A stretch of DNA of 64,000 bases from an uncultured virus (IMG/VR IMGVR_UViG_3300025767_000007) (taxonomy: Duplodnaviria > Heunggongvirae > Uroviricota > Caudoviricetes), in IMG/VR virus record IMGVR_UViG_3300025767_000007; one strand, written 5' to 3'. Of this stretch, positions 1 to 9,914 are shown piece after piece. The notes below the pieces were generated by a model, which saw nothing but the letters and a program-made list of their open reading frames with translations, did not search any database and was not told the DNA's origin. Both the position numbers and the translations under genes were made by a program. The stretch's first letter is position 1. The number at the start of each line of letters is the position of its first letter.

Positions 1-1
1 A

Positions 2-535
2 TTAGATCTCCGTGAGCTTTTTCAAATTCAGTTTAGTAGTTCGTTAAAGTCTGATTACACTTGGATGCGACCTAACAGAAAAGGTTGGCATACTGGTGCA
101 GTACTTCCGGGTAATCTTCCAGGAGAACAGTTAGATGTTGTTATTGCACTCGATGCCTCAGGTAGTATTTGGGATAGCACACTATCAGACTTCTTAGGTA
201 TTGTACAAGGATCATTGGATCAGTTTGATGCTTATAATGTTAAAGTTATTACGTTTGATACCAGTGTGTACAACGAAGATAATTTTACACAAGATGATGG
301 ACGTGATATGTCCGAGTATGCAATACAAGGTGGTGGCGGAACAGACTTTGACTGTATCTGGGAGTGGCTTAAATATAATGACGTTACACCGCATCAATTA
401 GTAGTACTTACTGATGGTTACCCTTGGGGATCTTGGGGAGATGAAAATTACTGTGATACATTATTTGTAATTCACGGTAATGAGGAAATTAAAGCACCAT
501 TTGGTATTACTGCTAATTATATGCCAAAGAAATAA
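2..535 (+). CDS. VWA-domain protein (DUF2201-type metallopeptidase/VWA), 5'-truncated
   Basis: Frame open from position 2 (LDLRELFQIQF...WMRPNRK). MIDAS motif DASGS, GGGGTDF and LTDG. Confidence 0.8.
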   Translation, partial: LDLRELFQIQFSSSLKSDYTWMRPNRKGWHTGAVLPGNLPGEQLDVVIALDASGSIWDSTLSDFLGIVQGSLDQFDAYNVKVITFDTSVYNEDNFTQDDGRDMSEYAIQGGGGTDFDCIWEWLKYNDVTPHQLVVLTDGYPWGSWGDENYCDTLFVIHGNEEIKAPFGITANYMPKK

Positions 536-552
536 TAACAGGAGAGGATTTA

Positions 553-1518
553 ATGGATCAGTTAACAGTTTGGATGGCACTCGGCTTTCTATTTGCAGGC
601 TATTCAGTTATAGCAAACGATTCAGTACAAACACTAGGTACTTGGATAGCAAGTAACAATCAAAGATTTAAATGGACAACAATGTGGGCCGCCGCTTCGG
701 CGGTTTTACTATGGTGTCTTTGGTATGGCTGGTATACTAATGGAGGAGATATTAGTTACGGTAGACTTACAAAGATACCATTCCAAGAAATAAAATGGTA
801 TCATGCAGGTGCACCATTAGTATTATTATTGTTAACAAGGATAGGTGTACCAGTTAGTACATCTTTTTTAGTTTTAAGTGCCTTTGCAAGTACATTTGTA
901 TTAGAGAAAATGCTTGTAAAGTCAATTATGGGATATGCAGTAGCAGGAGTATTTGCTTATTGTTTATGGATACTAATTGCACGTTGGCTAGATGAGAAGA
1001 ATGATCCTGTAAAGGAAGAACGTAAAAAGTATTGGCGAGCAGGACAATGGGTAACTACAGGCTTTTTATGGTTCACATGGTTAAGTCATGATGTTGCCAA
1101 CATAGCAGTATTCTTACCAAGACAAGTTCCTTGGGATATGATGATAGGTGTAAGTTTAGTATTTGTACTAGGCTTAGGATTTATGTTTCGTGAAGGCGGA
1201 GGTAGGATACAACAAATTGTATTGGAAAAGCAACATACTAGATATGTAAGAAGTGCATGTATAATTGATGGTGCATATTTCCTTTGTTTGTACTTCTTTA
1301 AAGAACTAAACAACATACCAATGTCAACTACATGGGTATTCGTTGGACTACTATGTGGTAGAGAACTAGCAATCAGTACAATGAGTAACGGATCATACAG
1401 ATTAAAGAATGTGTTTCCTATTGTAGGGAAAGACTTTATGAAAATGATGATAGGATTAGGTGCAAGTTTAGGTATTGTATTAACAATACATTACATATTA
1501 GTACCAAACGGATTCTAA
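553..1518 (+). CDS. PiT/PHO4-like inorganic phosphate transporter (multi-TM)
   Basis: Multi-pass hydrophobic protein with duplicated PiT-like signatures ANDSVQTLGT / HDVANIA and PVSTS / PMSTT. GGAGAGG RBS upstream. Confidence 0.65.
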   Translation: MDQLTVWMALGFLFAGYSVIANDSVQTLGTWIASNNQRFKWTTMWAAASAVLLWCLWYGWYTNGGDISYGRLTKIPFQEIKWYHAGAPLVLLLLTRIGVPVSTSFLVLSAFASTFVLEKMLVKSIMGYAVAGVFAYCLWILIARWLDEKNDPVKEERKKYWRAGQWVTTGFLWFTWLSHDVANIAVFLPRQVPWDMMIGVSLVFVLGLGFMFREGGGRIQQIVLEKQHTRYVRSACIIDGAYFLCLYFFKELNNIPMSTTWVFVGLLCGRELAISTMSNGSYRLKNVFPIVGKDFMKMMIGLGASLGIVLTIHYILVPNGF

Positions 1519-1553
1519 TACGGTTACACACCCTATTCAAAATGGCTATAAGT

Positions 1554-1591
1554 ATCAGTGAGCAAATAGAACTTGTTCACTGATTTAATTT
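1554..1591 (+). terminator. stem-loop followed by U-rich tract (terminator or 5' stabilising hairpin)
   Basis: atcagtgagcaa-atagaac-ttgttcactgat, then ttaatttt. Confidence 0.5.
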
Positions 1592-1607
1592 TATGGAGAA
1601 TATTAAA

Positions 1608-1916
1608 ATGGCTGAAGAAACAAATCAAGCACCCGCTTCAACAGATGAAGCACCTGCTTTACCTAAAACTGGTCTTAACTTAGAAGATCTAAAAGTGGTG
1701 TGTGGTGCGATTGAGATTGGTGCTAATAGAGGCGCTTATCGTCCAAACGAATTTAGGGTAATTGGAGAAGTATGGGAAAGAGTTACCGGCTTTATTAAAG
1801 CAACAGAACCAAAAGTTGCTGAAGCAGTAGAAAAAGCACAAGAAGGTGAAGTGAATGTTGAACCTGTTAATGCTGAGCCTGTTGCGGAAGTTACCGAAGA
1901 TAACACAGGAAGCTAG
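1608..1916 (+). CDS. small acidic hypothetical protein
   Basis: ORF. GGAG at 1595-1598 favours ATG 1608. Confidence 0.75.
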   Translation: MAEETNQAPASTDEAPALPKTGLNLEDLKVVCGAIEIGANRGAYRPNEFRVIGEVWERVTGFIKATEPKVAEAVEKAQEGEVNVEPVNAEPVAEVTEDNTGS

Positions 1917-1925
1917 GAGTATATT

Positions 1926-2582
1926 ATGGCTAGATTTATTAAACACGTTGGGCAAGATGGAAAAGGTGCTCCAGTAGTAGTTGTATTCCGTGAGGTTCCA
2001 AATGATCCTGAAAACTGTTTGATTGTTAGAACAACAGACTTACCAGAATTACATCAAGCAGATCTTATTAAAGCAGTTGAAAGTGTTTCTGGACAAGATG
2101 CTAATGACATTGGCGACTTTTTACATAGACAAAAGTTTAACGATGGCACAGACATGTTATCAACAATTCATGCTAAAGGATGGTTAACTAAAGTTCCTAC
2201 TAAGCATATTGTTATGGTACCATCACCGGGTAATAAAATTAACTTAGAAGATTTAAACAAAGAACTAAAATTAATTAATCGTCCAAAACCAGGTATCCCA
2301 GGCAAAGGTGGAGTAGCTACACGTTCAGGCGATATTGCAAATGATGCGAGCTCTGGAGGATCTCCAGGAGTGTTAGATGATAACGCTATTGCCGCTAAAC
2401 TTAGAAGTCAAGCAACAACTTTTGAAGCAGAAGCTAAACGTTTAAGAGCAGAAGCAGAAGAGTTAATTCCGTCTACTAGTACACCATCTTTATCTACAGT
2501 TGATATTGTCAACGAGGTTGCAGAAGCTAGTGCAACACCAAAGAGACGAGGCAGGCCAAAGAAGGCTTCAGTAGAGGCCTAA
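1926..2582 (+). CDS. hypothetical protein with C-terminal AT-hook-like motif
   Basis: AGGAG RBS. KRRGRPKK near the C-terminus. Confidence 0.75.
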   Translation: MARFIKHVGQDGKGAPVVVVFREVPNDPENCLIVRTTDLPELHQADLIKAVESVSGQDANDIGDFLHRQKFNDGTDMLSTIHAKGWLTKVPTKHIVMVPSPGNKINLEDLNKELKLINRPKPGIPGKGGVATRSGDIANDASSGGSPGVLDDNAIAAKLRSQATTFEAEAKRLRAEAEELIPSTSTPSLSTVDIVNEVAEASATPKRRGRPKKASVEA

Positions 2583-2611
2583 TTTAATTAGATCGATAAA
2601 GAAGAATATAG

Positions 2612-2914
2612 ATGAGTATTCGTAAGAAAGATCGTAGCTTTGAAGAAATGTTACGAGAGATACAGGTAGATAATGTGCCTGTTGAATATATAGATTACAT
2701 TCGTGTTTATCTAGATGATGGATCTCAAATTGTCTTCAGGCAAAACGAATTAACTGGAATCAAAGATAGCAGTGATATCTTAGAAATTAAACAGTTACAG
2801 GAATGTTTGGACCGTATTGTTGACTTTGAAGTTATGATGAATTCAGACTTAGTTAAAACTAAAGTAACTAGATTCGTAGGAGCTTTATTAGCCACACATT
2901 TTTCGGAGAAGTAG
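2612..2914 (+). CDS. hypothetical protein
   Basis: 100-aa ORF in a tightly packed operon. Confidence 0.7.
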   Translation: MSIRKKDRSFEEMLREIQVDNVPVEYIDYIRVYLDDGSQIVFRQNELTGIKDSSDILEIKQLQECLDRIVDFEVMMNSDLVKTKVTRFVGALLATHFSEK

Positions 2915-2917
2915 TAT

Positions 2918-3550
2918 ATGGATTTTGTTTTTATTAATCCAAGTGAAATTGCAACTAGATTCTTTCAAGTGTTTGAAAGATCACTTACTATTGGCGTAAA
3001 GCTAACAGACGAGTTTATTCCCCAATATGATCCTGCCGAAGTTGGTCAGCTACCATTACTTGACTTTGGATTTCAAGGTTCATTTGATACAATAGCATGG
3101 GATAAGCCAGGTGTTGCATTACAGAAGATGCACAAGTTTAAAGAATTTGATTTAAATGAATATCAAGATAATGAAGTCCCAGATGGTGTTATCTTAATTG
3201 ATATGATCTGCCATCAAAGAGTATATGCTGTAACTAGTCAATGGTTAAGAGAAGATAGTAGATGGATTATGCAACGTAATGCCGATATCAACAATGATAA
3301 ACATGGTTATAAGGCTTTGGCTATCGAAGAGATAGAAAAAAGAAGATTATACGGAACAATACAAACTTACATTTATCCAGATAAATCAGTTAAATTTAAA
3401 CTACACCCAATTGATATGGCATATATCACAAGTAAAGAAATAGTTAATAGACATTGGATTACTATCTACCCATCCTTAGTTGCTAATAGAAATAGACCCG
3501 AAGTTACTAATTATTTGTTTAATGCTTGGATAGATAAAACATCTATTTAG
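2918..3550 (+). CDS. hypothetical protein
   Basis: 210-aa ORF with GGAG upstream. Confidence 0.7.
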   Translation: MDFVFINPSEIATRFFQVFERSLTIGVKLTDEFIPQYDPAEVGQLPLLDFGFQGSFDTIAWDKPGVALQKMHKFKEFDLNEYQDNEVPDGVILIDMICHQRVYAVTSQWLREDSRWIMQRNADINNDKHGYKALAIEEIEKRRLYGTIQTYIYPDKSVKFKLHPIDMAYITSKEIVNRHWITIYPSLVANRNRPEVTNYLFNAWIDKTSI

Positions 3551-4004
3551 AGTATGCCCTGTAACTACCAAATAATAAATCCCAAATAGGAACAAATAAT
3601 CCATAGTTTCTATAAGGCTCTGCATGATGTACTAAATGCCATTTTCCAGATGTAATTGCTGGATACCAACTAAATTTAGGATTGTGTTCAATTACTTCTT
3701 GTAAGAAAGCGGCCCAAAAATAGTATGCAATACTAACCCACCATTCTCCGGTTATATAACTAAAGATTAAAGTAGGAACAACTTCTGTAATCCAAAGATC
3801 TAAAGTTGATAACCAGGTATCGTTAAACAGAAAACAATTATTCCAATGCCATTGTGTTCCGCCAGCGGTGTTAATATATTTGTGATGATCGTTATGAGCT
3901 TTAAAAGACACAGGAAACCATCTACGTCCGTGAACGTGAATGACCCTATGTATAATATAAAGTAATAAGGTCCATAACAAAAATGTGAGTATCATGTGTA
4001 TCAT
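3543..4004 (-). CDS. fatty acid hydroxylase / sterol desaturase family membrane enzyme
   Basis: His boxes HRVIH, HNDHH, EH and HLVHH, plus the NYG...WDLLFGS tail typical of the family. Confidence 0.8.
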   Translation of the reverse strand: MIHMILTFLLWTLLLYIIHRVIHVHGRRWFPVSFKAHNDHHKYINTAGGTQWHWNNCFLFNDTWLSTLDLWITEVVPTLIFSYITGEWWVSIAYYFWAAFLQEVIEHNPKFSWYPAITSGKWHLVHHAEPYRNYGLFVPIWDLLFGSYRAYSK

Positions 4005-4055
4005 TACTGCTATTTATTTGGTTAATTGGTTTTAGTTAATCCGATAAGTAGTAGT

Positions 4056-4637
4056 ATGGAAAAACTTTTTCAAAAAATTGACGATATTCCTAATATTGAG
4101 GACTTAGTGTTTAGAATTAATAAGTCTTTGTATGCACATAAAATTAATAAAACAGTAACAATTCAATCACCCGAATATAACTTTTATGAAATGATAGATG
4201 AATTTATAAAGGCAAATCCGCATCCAGTTTGGAATGGTTTAAGTTTGAAGTCTGGGTTAATTTTTGTGTTAGGTAAAGATAAGGCACAAGGCCTACATAT
4301 TGATGGTTTTAGAGCAGACAGATCAGGTGCATCAAATTATGCATTAAATATTCCAATTCGTAATACTGGTATTGGTAGTATGGATTGGTACGGAGAAGCT
4401 CCGTACAGATTAGAGGTTCAACAAATAGCAGATGCAACTGTAATGGGAAGAAAAACAAACTCTAACAAATATTTAAAACTTGAATGGGACGGAGAGCCAA
4501 AACTAATTGCGTCTGTAACTATTAAGGATCCTCACTTAGTTAGGATTGATGTTCCACATCAAGCAATTAACTTATGCAAGGAAAAACCTAGAGTAATGCT
4601 TTCCATTCGATTTACGCCAGATTTAAAATGGTTATAA
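4056..4637 (+). CDS. cupin / 2OG-Fe(II) oxygenase-like protein
   Basis: HID...ALNIPI...DVPHQAIN...RVMLSIRF double-stranded beta-helix pattern. ATG 4056 lies just after a TAAGTA motif. Confidence 0.65.
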   Translation: MEKLFQKIDDIPNIEDLVFRINKSLYAHKINKTVTIQSPEYNFYEMIDEFIKANPHPVWNGLSLKSGLIFVLGKDKAQGLHIDGFRADRSGASNYALNIPIRNTGIGSMDWYGEAPYRLEVQQIADATVMGRKTNSNKYLKLEWDGEPKLIASVTIKDPHLVRIDVPHQAINLCKEKPRVMLSIRFTPDLKWL

Positions 4638-4658
4638 TATAGTATAGAAGGAGTTATC

Positions 4659-5642
4659 ATGACTATATCTTTAAAATTATCAGATGCGGCAGAAGAAATA
4701 CCTGTCGCTAACTCTTTGCATAGAAGAGCCCCTTTTATGAAAAGCACGTTACAACCTCGAGAACCTTATCCTAGTTTAATTAAACTAGAATTAACAGAAA
4801 CAGATACAGACTTATTAATCAAAGATACTTTAGAGGCTTTAGATAATGTAGGTATGTTTGGGTATAGACTAAGAGGTAAAAGACCAGATGGATCATTAAA
4901 AAGTGATACTGGTTATTTAGGAATGGGCTTAACATATAATCCTTTGCATATTGACGGAATTGAAACAGACCCACATGAACAAGTGCAAGGAAATCACTTT
5001 AAGCATATTAAGCAGGAGTTTGGTGCAAAGTCTGGAGATGGTCGTGTTAGTCCTTATAGTAGAATGGATCAATCAGAGGCTAGAAAAATTGCAGTAAGAA
5101 AAAATACACATTATGATACTTATAGCATGGCTTTTCGTACAGAAGGTAGTAAGCATGGATACTTAGGAACATTCTTAGATAGTTTAAAAAGAAGTATGGT
5201 TAGATCTAGTCTTCGTGTAATTTCTTCTCATGGTTCTACACAAGCAATGGGTCAAAAGGGAGCAGAACGTGCAACACAAAGACCAGGTGTTGCGTGGCAC
5301 ACAGACGAAATGATGTTTAACAATTTAAGAATTAATATTGCTATTAAAACATCTAAAGAGTTTGTACTAGAGCAACAAACAAACGTAGGAAAACTAATTC
5401 ACTTAGAAGCACCGTATGCATATAGTTGGGACACAGGTATTCCTCATCGTGCTTATTGTTCAGAGAAACCAGAAGAGCCTTTTTTCCGTACACATATTAT
5501 GTTAGGTGTTGCTCCGTGGTTTGACTTCAATGAAGAAACCCAAACTTGGACGCAAAACGAATTCTACGAGAAAAAACATCCATGGGATATGTTATGTGAT
5601 GGAGATATTATCCCAGGTGCAAAATTGGTTAGACAAGATTAA
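4659..5642 (+). CDS. 2OG-Fe(II) oxygenase-like (Asp/Asn beta-hydroxylase-like) protein
   Basis: WHTD...RINIAI...DTGIPHRA...RTHIMLG. AGGAG RBS. Confidence 0.65.
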   Translation: MTISLKLSDAAEEIPVANSLHRRAPFMKSTLQPREPYPSLIKLELTETDTDLLIKDTLEALDNVGMFGYRLRGKRPDGSLKSDTGYLGMGLTYNPLHIDGIETDPHEQVQGNHFKHIKQEFGAKSGDGRVSPYSRMDQSEARKIAVRKNTHYDTYSMAFRTEGSKHGYLGTFLDSLKRSMVRSSLRVISSHGSTQAMGQKGAERATQRPGVAWHTDEMMFNNLRINIAIKTSKEFVLEQQTNVGKLIHLEAPYAYSWDTGIPHRAYCSEKPEEPFFRTHIMLGVAPWFDFNEETQTWTQNEFYEKKHPWDMLCDGDIIPGAKLVRQD

Positions 5643-5679
5643 ATTATTATCTTAAGTAAAGTAACAACGGAGTACATTC

Positions 5680-6309
5680 ATGGAACAACATTGGGTTGCT
5701 TTAGCCACTACTGCTGAAAACAGTATACTGGCTTGGTGTTCAGATTTAAATACATTAGAACAGGCTTGCTCTGGAGAATTTCGTGCCATATGTAGAGTGT
5801 ATGGTGTAACTGGAGAAGAACTTGCATTACTTCATTCTAATAAACTTAATTATAAATTACAATATATTGATGCTAGAACTACTAAATTTGTTGACGAAGA
5901 AGATCGAGACAATGATACTGAAATACTGAGCAAAAAACTTCTTGCTAGAGTAATGTTAACAAAAGAGCTTCATCAAAGATTAGAGCATGGATATAAACGT
6001 TTCCAAAGTCTTGTTCCTTGGCAAGAAACGGCATATCTAATAAAAGAAGAACAAGCAAGACGTGTTATTAAAGGAGATACATCTGATATAGGTTTTATAC
6101 AAGATGAAGCAGAATTTAGAAAACTTCCTTTAGAAACTATTGCTAATTTAGTTATAGCAAAAGCAGATAATTTAAAATTCCAAATAATGAAGTTAGAAAG
6201 AATTCGAATTAAAACACAAATGGCAATTAATACTATAAAAACTAAGGAGGATGTTCAGGATATTCAAGCAACGTTAGCCGAAGAATCATTTGTGAGCATG
6301 TTAATGTAA
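5680..6309 (+). CDS. hypothetical protein; C-terminal helical region reminiscent of tail-fibre-assembly (DUF4376-like) domains
   Basis: QETAY..KEEQA...EAEFR.L....IA..VIAKA...ERIR......I...KT.EDV pattern. TAATG-coupled to the next gene. Confidence 0.45.
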   Translation: MEQHWVALATTAENSILAWCSDLNTLEQACSGEFRAICRVYGVTGEELALLHSNKLNYKLQYIDARTTKFVDEEDRDNDTEILSKKLLARVMLTKELHQRLEHGYKRFQSLVPWQETAYLIKEEQARRVIKGDTSDIGFIQDEAEFRKLPLETIANLVIAKADNLKFQIMKLERIRIKTQMAINTIKTKEDVQDIQATLAEESFVSMLM

Positions 6310-7367
6310 TGAAAAATTTATTATACTATATTCCGCATAGAATACTTAACTCTGGTAAAGGAGCTAATATTAGCAATATACAACGAGACTTTTTAGGTAT
6401 GTTTAATCCTTGGATTAGTTTAAGTGACAGGACTGGTACACTTGACTTAGGAGTAGATGTTTTTAACAATAGTCCAATACCAGAAAAAAGAACTCCAGAA
6501 AGTTTTGAAAGTTGTTCTGTTAGCAGAATGACTAACATTATTAAATCTTTTCAAAACGACGAAAGTAAAGAAAAGTTAGTTATTATGTACTCAGGTGGCA
6601 TTGATAGTACATTAATTGTTTGCTTATTGATATCTAGTCCATATTGGGAGGATATTAAAGATCATATACTCTTAGCATTCAATGAAGATAGTCAAATTGA
6701 AAATCCTAAGTTTTTTAATAATGTTATATTAGATAAGTTTGGACATTGTTTAATTTCTAGTAATAACTTTTATGACATTATTACTAACCCAAGTTATAGT
6801 GTAGTTACTGGAGAATGTGCAGATAATTTATTTGGAAGTCTAACTGTTAAAAGCTATATGGATGCAACAGGGAAGTTTGATTGCTTACATAAAGATTGGG
6901 AATCTGGTTCGTTAGACTGGTTATTAAATAAGTCTGACCCAGAAACAAGAGATCAACGTGAACAAATGTTATATGACTTAGTAAATGCAAGTCCTATTGA
7001 TATTGCTACTAATCATGAATTTTTATGGTGGATTAACTATAGCATGAAATGGCAGGCTGTTAAGTATCGTATGGGTATGCATTCTCCAAATAAACAACAA
7101 GCAGAGTATATGTGTGAACATATTATTAACTTCTTTGATACAGAAGATTTCCAACTGTGGGCATTATATACAGAAGAACCAAAACTTGGAGATACTTGGG
7201 CAAGTTATAAACTTCCGGCAAAGAAACTTATCAATGAAGTAGTTGAGGATTCAACTTATCTTATACACAAAACAAAGTGGCCTAGTTTACCAACTATTAC
7301 ACGTTATAATAATTCTTGGGGTTATCTATATGAAGAAGACGGAAAACTAAGTGTTTCCAAATATTGA
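6309..7367 (+). CDS. PP-loop ATPase, asparagine-synthetase C-domain-like (no glutaminase domain)
   Basis: YSGGIDST, and VTGECADNLFG (compare AsnB SGEGADELFG). Confidence 0.75.
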   Translation: MKNLLYYIPHRILNSGKGANISNIQRDFLGMFNPWISLSDRTGTLDLGVDVFNNSPIPEKRTPESFESCSVSRMTNIIKSFQNDESKEKLVIMYSGGIDSTLIVCLLISSPYWEDIKDHILLAFNEDSQIENPKFFNNVILDKFGHCLISSNNFYDIITNPSYSVVTGECADNLFGSLTVKSYMDATGKFDCLHKDWESGSLDWLLNKSDPETRDQREQMLYDLVNASPIDIATNHEFLWWINYSMKWQAVKYRMGMHSPNKQQAEYMCEHIINFFDTEDFQLWALYTEEPKLGDTWASYKLPAKKLINEVVEDSTYLIHKTKWPSLPTITRYNNSWGYLYEEDGKLSVSKY

Positions 7368-8153
7368 TTTTTTACTTTTTAGTTTGTAGTTAATCTTTTT
7401 CTTAAACTGGTCTGTAAAGACTCCATCTACTCTAATACTGAAAGCAGAATAAGGACTTGTATCACTTCCGTGATAGTTAGCAGTATCAAACCATGCTACT
7501 TGACTCTTAATATAATGTCTTGTATCACTATCCTTATCTTCTACAAAAAATGCTTTCCTATCCATAAACATATTAATCCAAATAAACTCATCTGGGTCTG
7601 TAACCCTATTTAAAGGATTATGATCTCTATGTGTTATACATTGCTGATCCTGGTCATTATAGAATATTAAAGTTCTACCAATTTCACTAAAGATATTTTG
7701 TTCGTCTACCCAATCCATAAAAAACTTAAAGTTATCATAAAAGGGTCCTTCTTTATTATTTTTTGCTAAGTGCTTATCTGCATAGTCTTTTGTAATGGGT
7801 TGCTTTATAAACATATTATAACCAATGCCTTGTGCTTCAGTTACTAACTTTACAAATGTTAATGCATAACTAGGCTTACCTGTTGCTAGGTATTCATGCA
7901 CTTGTTCGTGTCCTGGTGCAGTATTATCTCCAGCAATACGTTTTAATGCAGTAGATAGTTCCTCTCCTGGATTCTCTTCTGGCCAATTCAATCCAGCACC
8001 AGCTACTGCAGGAAGTACTTGACAACCTACTTTTAATCCTAACCATGAATCAGCAAAAGCCTTACATAGTTTTATTTTTAATTTATTAAGCCCTTCAATA
8101 TCAATGTGATTGTCTAAGTTAACGTAAGGCTTTCCATTAATTTTGTATATCAT
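7347..8153 (-). CDS. 2OG-Fe(II) oxygenase-like protein
   Basis: HRDH...FDTANYHG...FSIRVDG. Confidence 0.6.
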   Translation of the reverse strand: MIYKINGKPYVNLDNHIDIEGLNKLKIKLCKAFADSWLGLKVGCQVLPAVAGAGLNWPEENPGEELSTALKRIAGDNTAPGHEQVHEYLATGKPSYALTFVKLVTEAQGIGYNMFIKQPITKDYADKHLAKNNKEGPFYDNFKFFMDWVDEQNIFSEIGRTLIFYNDQDQQCITHRDHNPLNRVTDPDEFIWINMFMDRKAFFVEDKDSDTRHYIKSQVAWFDTANYHGSDTSPYSAFSIRVDGVFTDQFKKKINYKLKSKKSIFGNT

Positions 8154-9006
8154 TCAACTCAAATTTTTCTACAATCTCTTGCATTTCTCGTTTACTGATA
8201 CCAAAGTTTTCGCCTATCTCGTCTATCCTATTAATATCAATTTCTCTGAACATGAGAGATTTAACAAACACAAGTTCTTGTTTACTCAGCTTTACTGATT
8301 GCTCTTGGTAATCCTCAAAGGCTTCACATGCTACAGGAAACTTTTCTTTTACCATATCATACATTGCTCTAGCATATTCTTGTATTTCCCATTGTGCATG
8401 GCTATCCATTCGTAGTCTAGCATAATGTAAAAAGTTTTTAAGATTGGATTTCCAGTAACATTCTGTATATCCGCCTACTGGAAGAACTTGCCTCGCAGTC
8501 TCTCTAGCCAAGTTAAGGTTATCGGAATGTTCTGTGTAGAGGGAGTAATCACGATCCCATGACTCGTTAATATCGTCACTGATTCGTCTTTTTGTTTCTT
8601 CGTCAAGCTCTCCTTCTCTACCTTGCTTATTGGTTGTACTTTGTGGCTTGATGTTCTCTGAGTTGGGTACATAGACTTCGTCTGTAAGTACCGAGTAGCG
8701 GGCCGAATATTCATTTAATGATGCCGTCCTATGTCTAACTAATTGCCTCATTACAAAAATAGGCAGTTTAATGTGAAACTTTACTTCGCACATCTCGAAT
8801 GGCGTAGTGTGTTCATGTCGCATTAGATAACGTATTAATGCTCTATCACTACTAGCTTTTTTAGTACCATCACCGTAACTAACACGAGCGGCTTGTACAA
8901 TAGAGTTATCTGTGCCCATATAATCAACTAGGCCAATAAATCCTTTATCTAATACTTGTTTGTAATTCGGGTCTTTATCAAAATCTATCTCCGAACATAA
9001 TGTCAT
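8137..9006 (-). CDS. thyX: FAD-dependent thymidylate synthase
   Basis: AARVSY, HTTPFE, RQLVRHRTASLNEYSARY, R...HAQWEI. Start placed at ATG 9006 (ATGA overlap with the upstream stop). Confidence 0.95.
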   Translation of the reverse strand: MTLCSEIDFDKDPNYKQVLDKGFIGLVDYMGTDNSIVQAARVSYGDGTKKASSDRALIRYLMRHEHTTPFEMCEVKFHIKLPIFVMRQLVRHRTASLNEYSARYSVLTDEVYVPNSENIKPQSTTNKQGREGELDEETKRRISDDINESWDRDYSLYTEHSDNLNLARETARQVLPVGGYTECYWKSNLKNFLHYARLRMDSHAQWEIQEYARAMYDMVKEKFPVACEAFEDYQEQSVKLSKQELVFVKSLMFREIDINRIDEIGENFGISKREMQEIVEKFELNDIQN

Positions 9007-9914
9007 ACTGTTTCCTTTGCTTCTGAGTTTCTTTCTATTATAGCATGTTTTCTGTTTCCCCACAACCTTTTTATTTCCGAAAGTGGAGCAAACGGTAACA
9101 TTATAATTAAGCAAGGATCAAACTCGTGCCATCTACCACTTACACTTGCTCCAAAATCAAAGCTACTTGCTTCTCTATGATGGTTATTATGCCAACCACT
9201 TCCAAAATGAAAATATCCTATTGGCCAACAGTTTGTACTACAGTCTTTGTTATTGAAGTTTTGGTAGCCTGCGGCTGGAACATGTCCAAATGTATTAACC
9301 ATTCCGTCCATGTGTAAACTAGATAATGCTCCCATAATCCAAAACCAAAATGTAAATTGCCATCCAAATAATAACAAACTAACTAGTAATGTTCCGTATA
9401 TAATTTTATTATAATGATTATGCAACCACACAATCTTTTTATCTCTTAATAGGTCAACAGCATAACGAAAACTTACACTATCTTGTTTAATATCAAACTG
9501 CCAACCCATGTAACTATGCCACCAGCCGTTTTCTACAGGAGTGTGAATGTCTTTGCCTGGCTGATCACTAACTTTATGATGATGTCCTCGATGTAATGAT
9601 GCCCACCATAAAGGACTTCCTTCTCCTACCATAACTGCTAACCAGTATAAGAATGGTTTCATCCATTCACGTGGCTTCCATGATTTATGGCTTAATAGTC
9701 GGTGTAATGTTAAATTATTTCCAATACCATCTAATGTAATCCATCCACATAGCATTGCAACTAAGTACCACCATTCCCAACCAGTGTAAATTAAATAAGG
9801 TATTAGTGTTACAGCAAGTAAATGATATGGTAACCAAATTGCTACTATAAAAGGTATTTGTTTTGTTTTTTTATATAGGCCTACCTGCCCTTGTATCCAA
9901 GCACTAATTGCCAT
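9003..9914 (-). CDS. delta-9-type fatty acid (acyl-lipid/acyl-CoA) desaturase
   Basis: HRLLSH, HRGHHH..SD...D.HTP, NTFGH, GWHNNHH and EFDP. Confidence 0.9.
   Translation of the reverse strand: MAISAWIQGQVGLYKKTKQIPFIVAIWLPYHLLAVTLIPYLIYTGWEWWYLVAMLCGWITLDGIGNNLTLHRLLSHKSWKPREWMKPFLYWLAVMVGEGSPLWWASLHRGHHHKVSDQPGKDIHTPVENGWWHSYMGWQFDIKQDSVSFRYAVDLLRDKKIVWLHNHYNKIIYGTLLVSLLLFGWQFTFWFWIMGALSSLHMDGMVNTFGHVPAAGYQNFNNKDCSTNCWPIGYFHFGSGWHNNHHREASSFDFGASVSGRWHEFDPCLIIMLPFAPLSEIKRLWGNRKHAIIERNSEAKETV

Noticed and set aside
9007..9114. N-terminal extension of ThyX in the ORF track
   Set aside because: Overlaps the desaturase. ATG 9006 in an ATGA overlap is the more plausible start.
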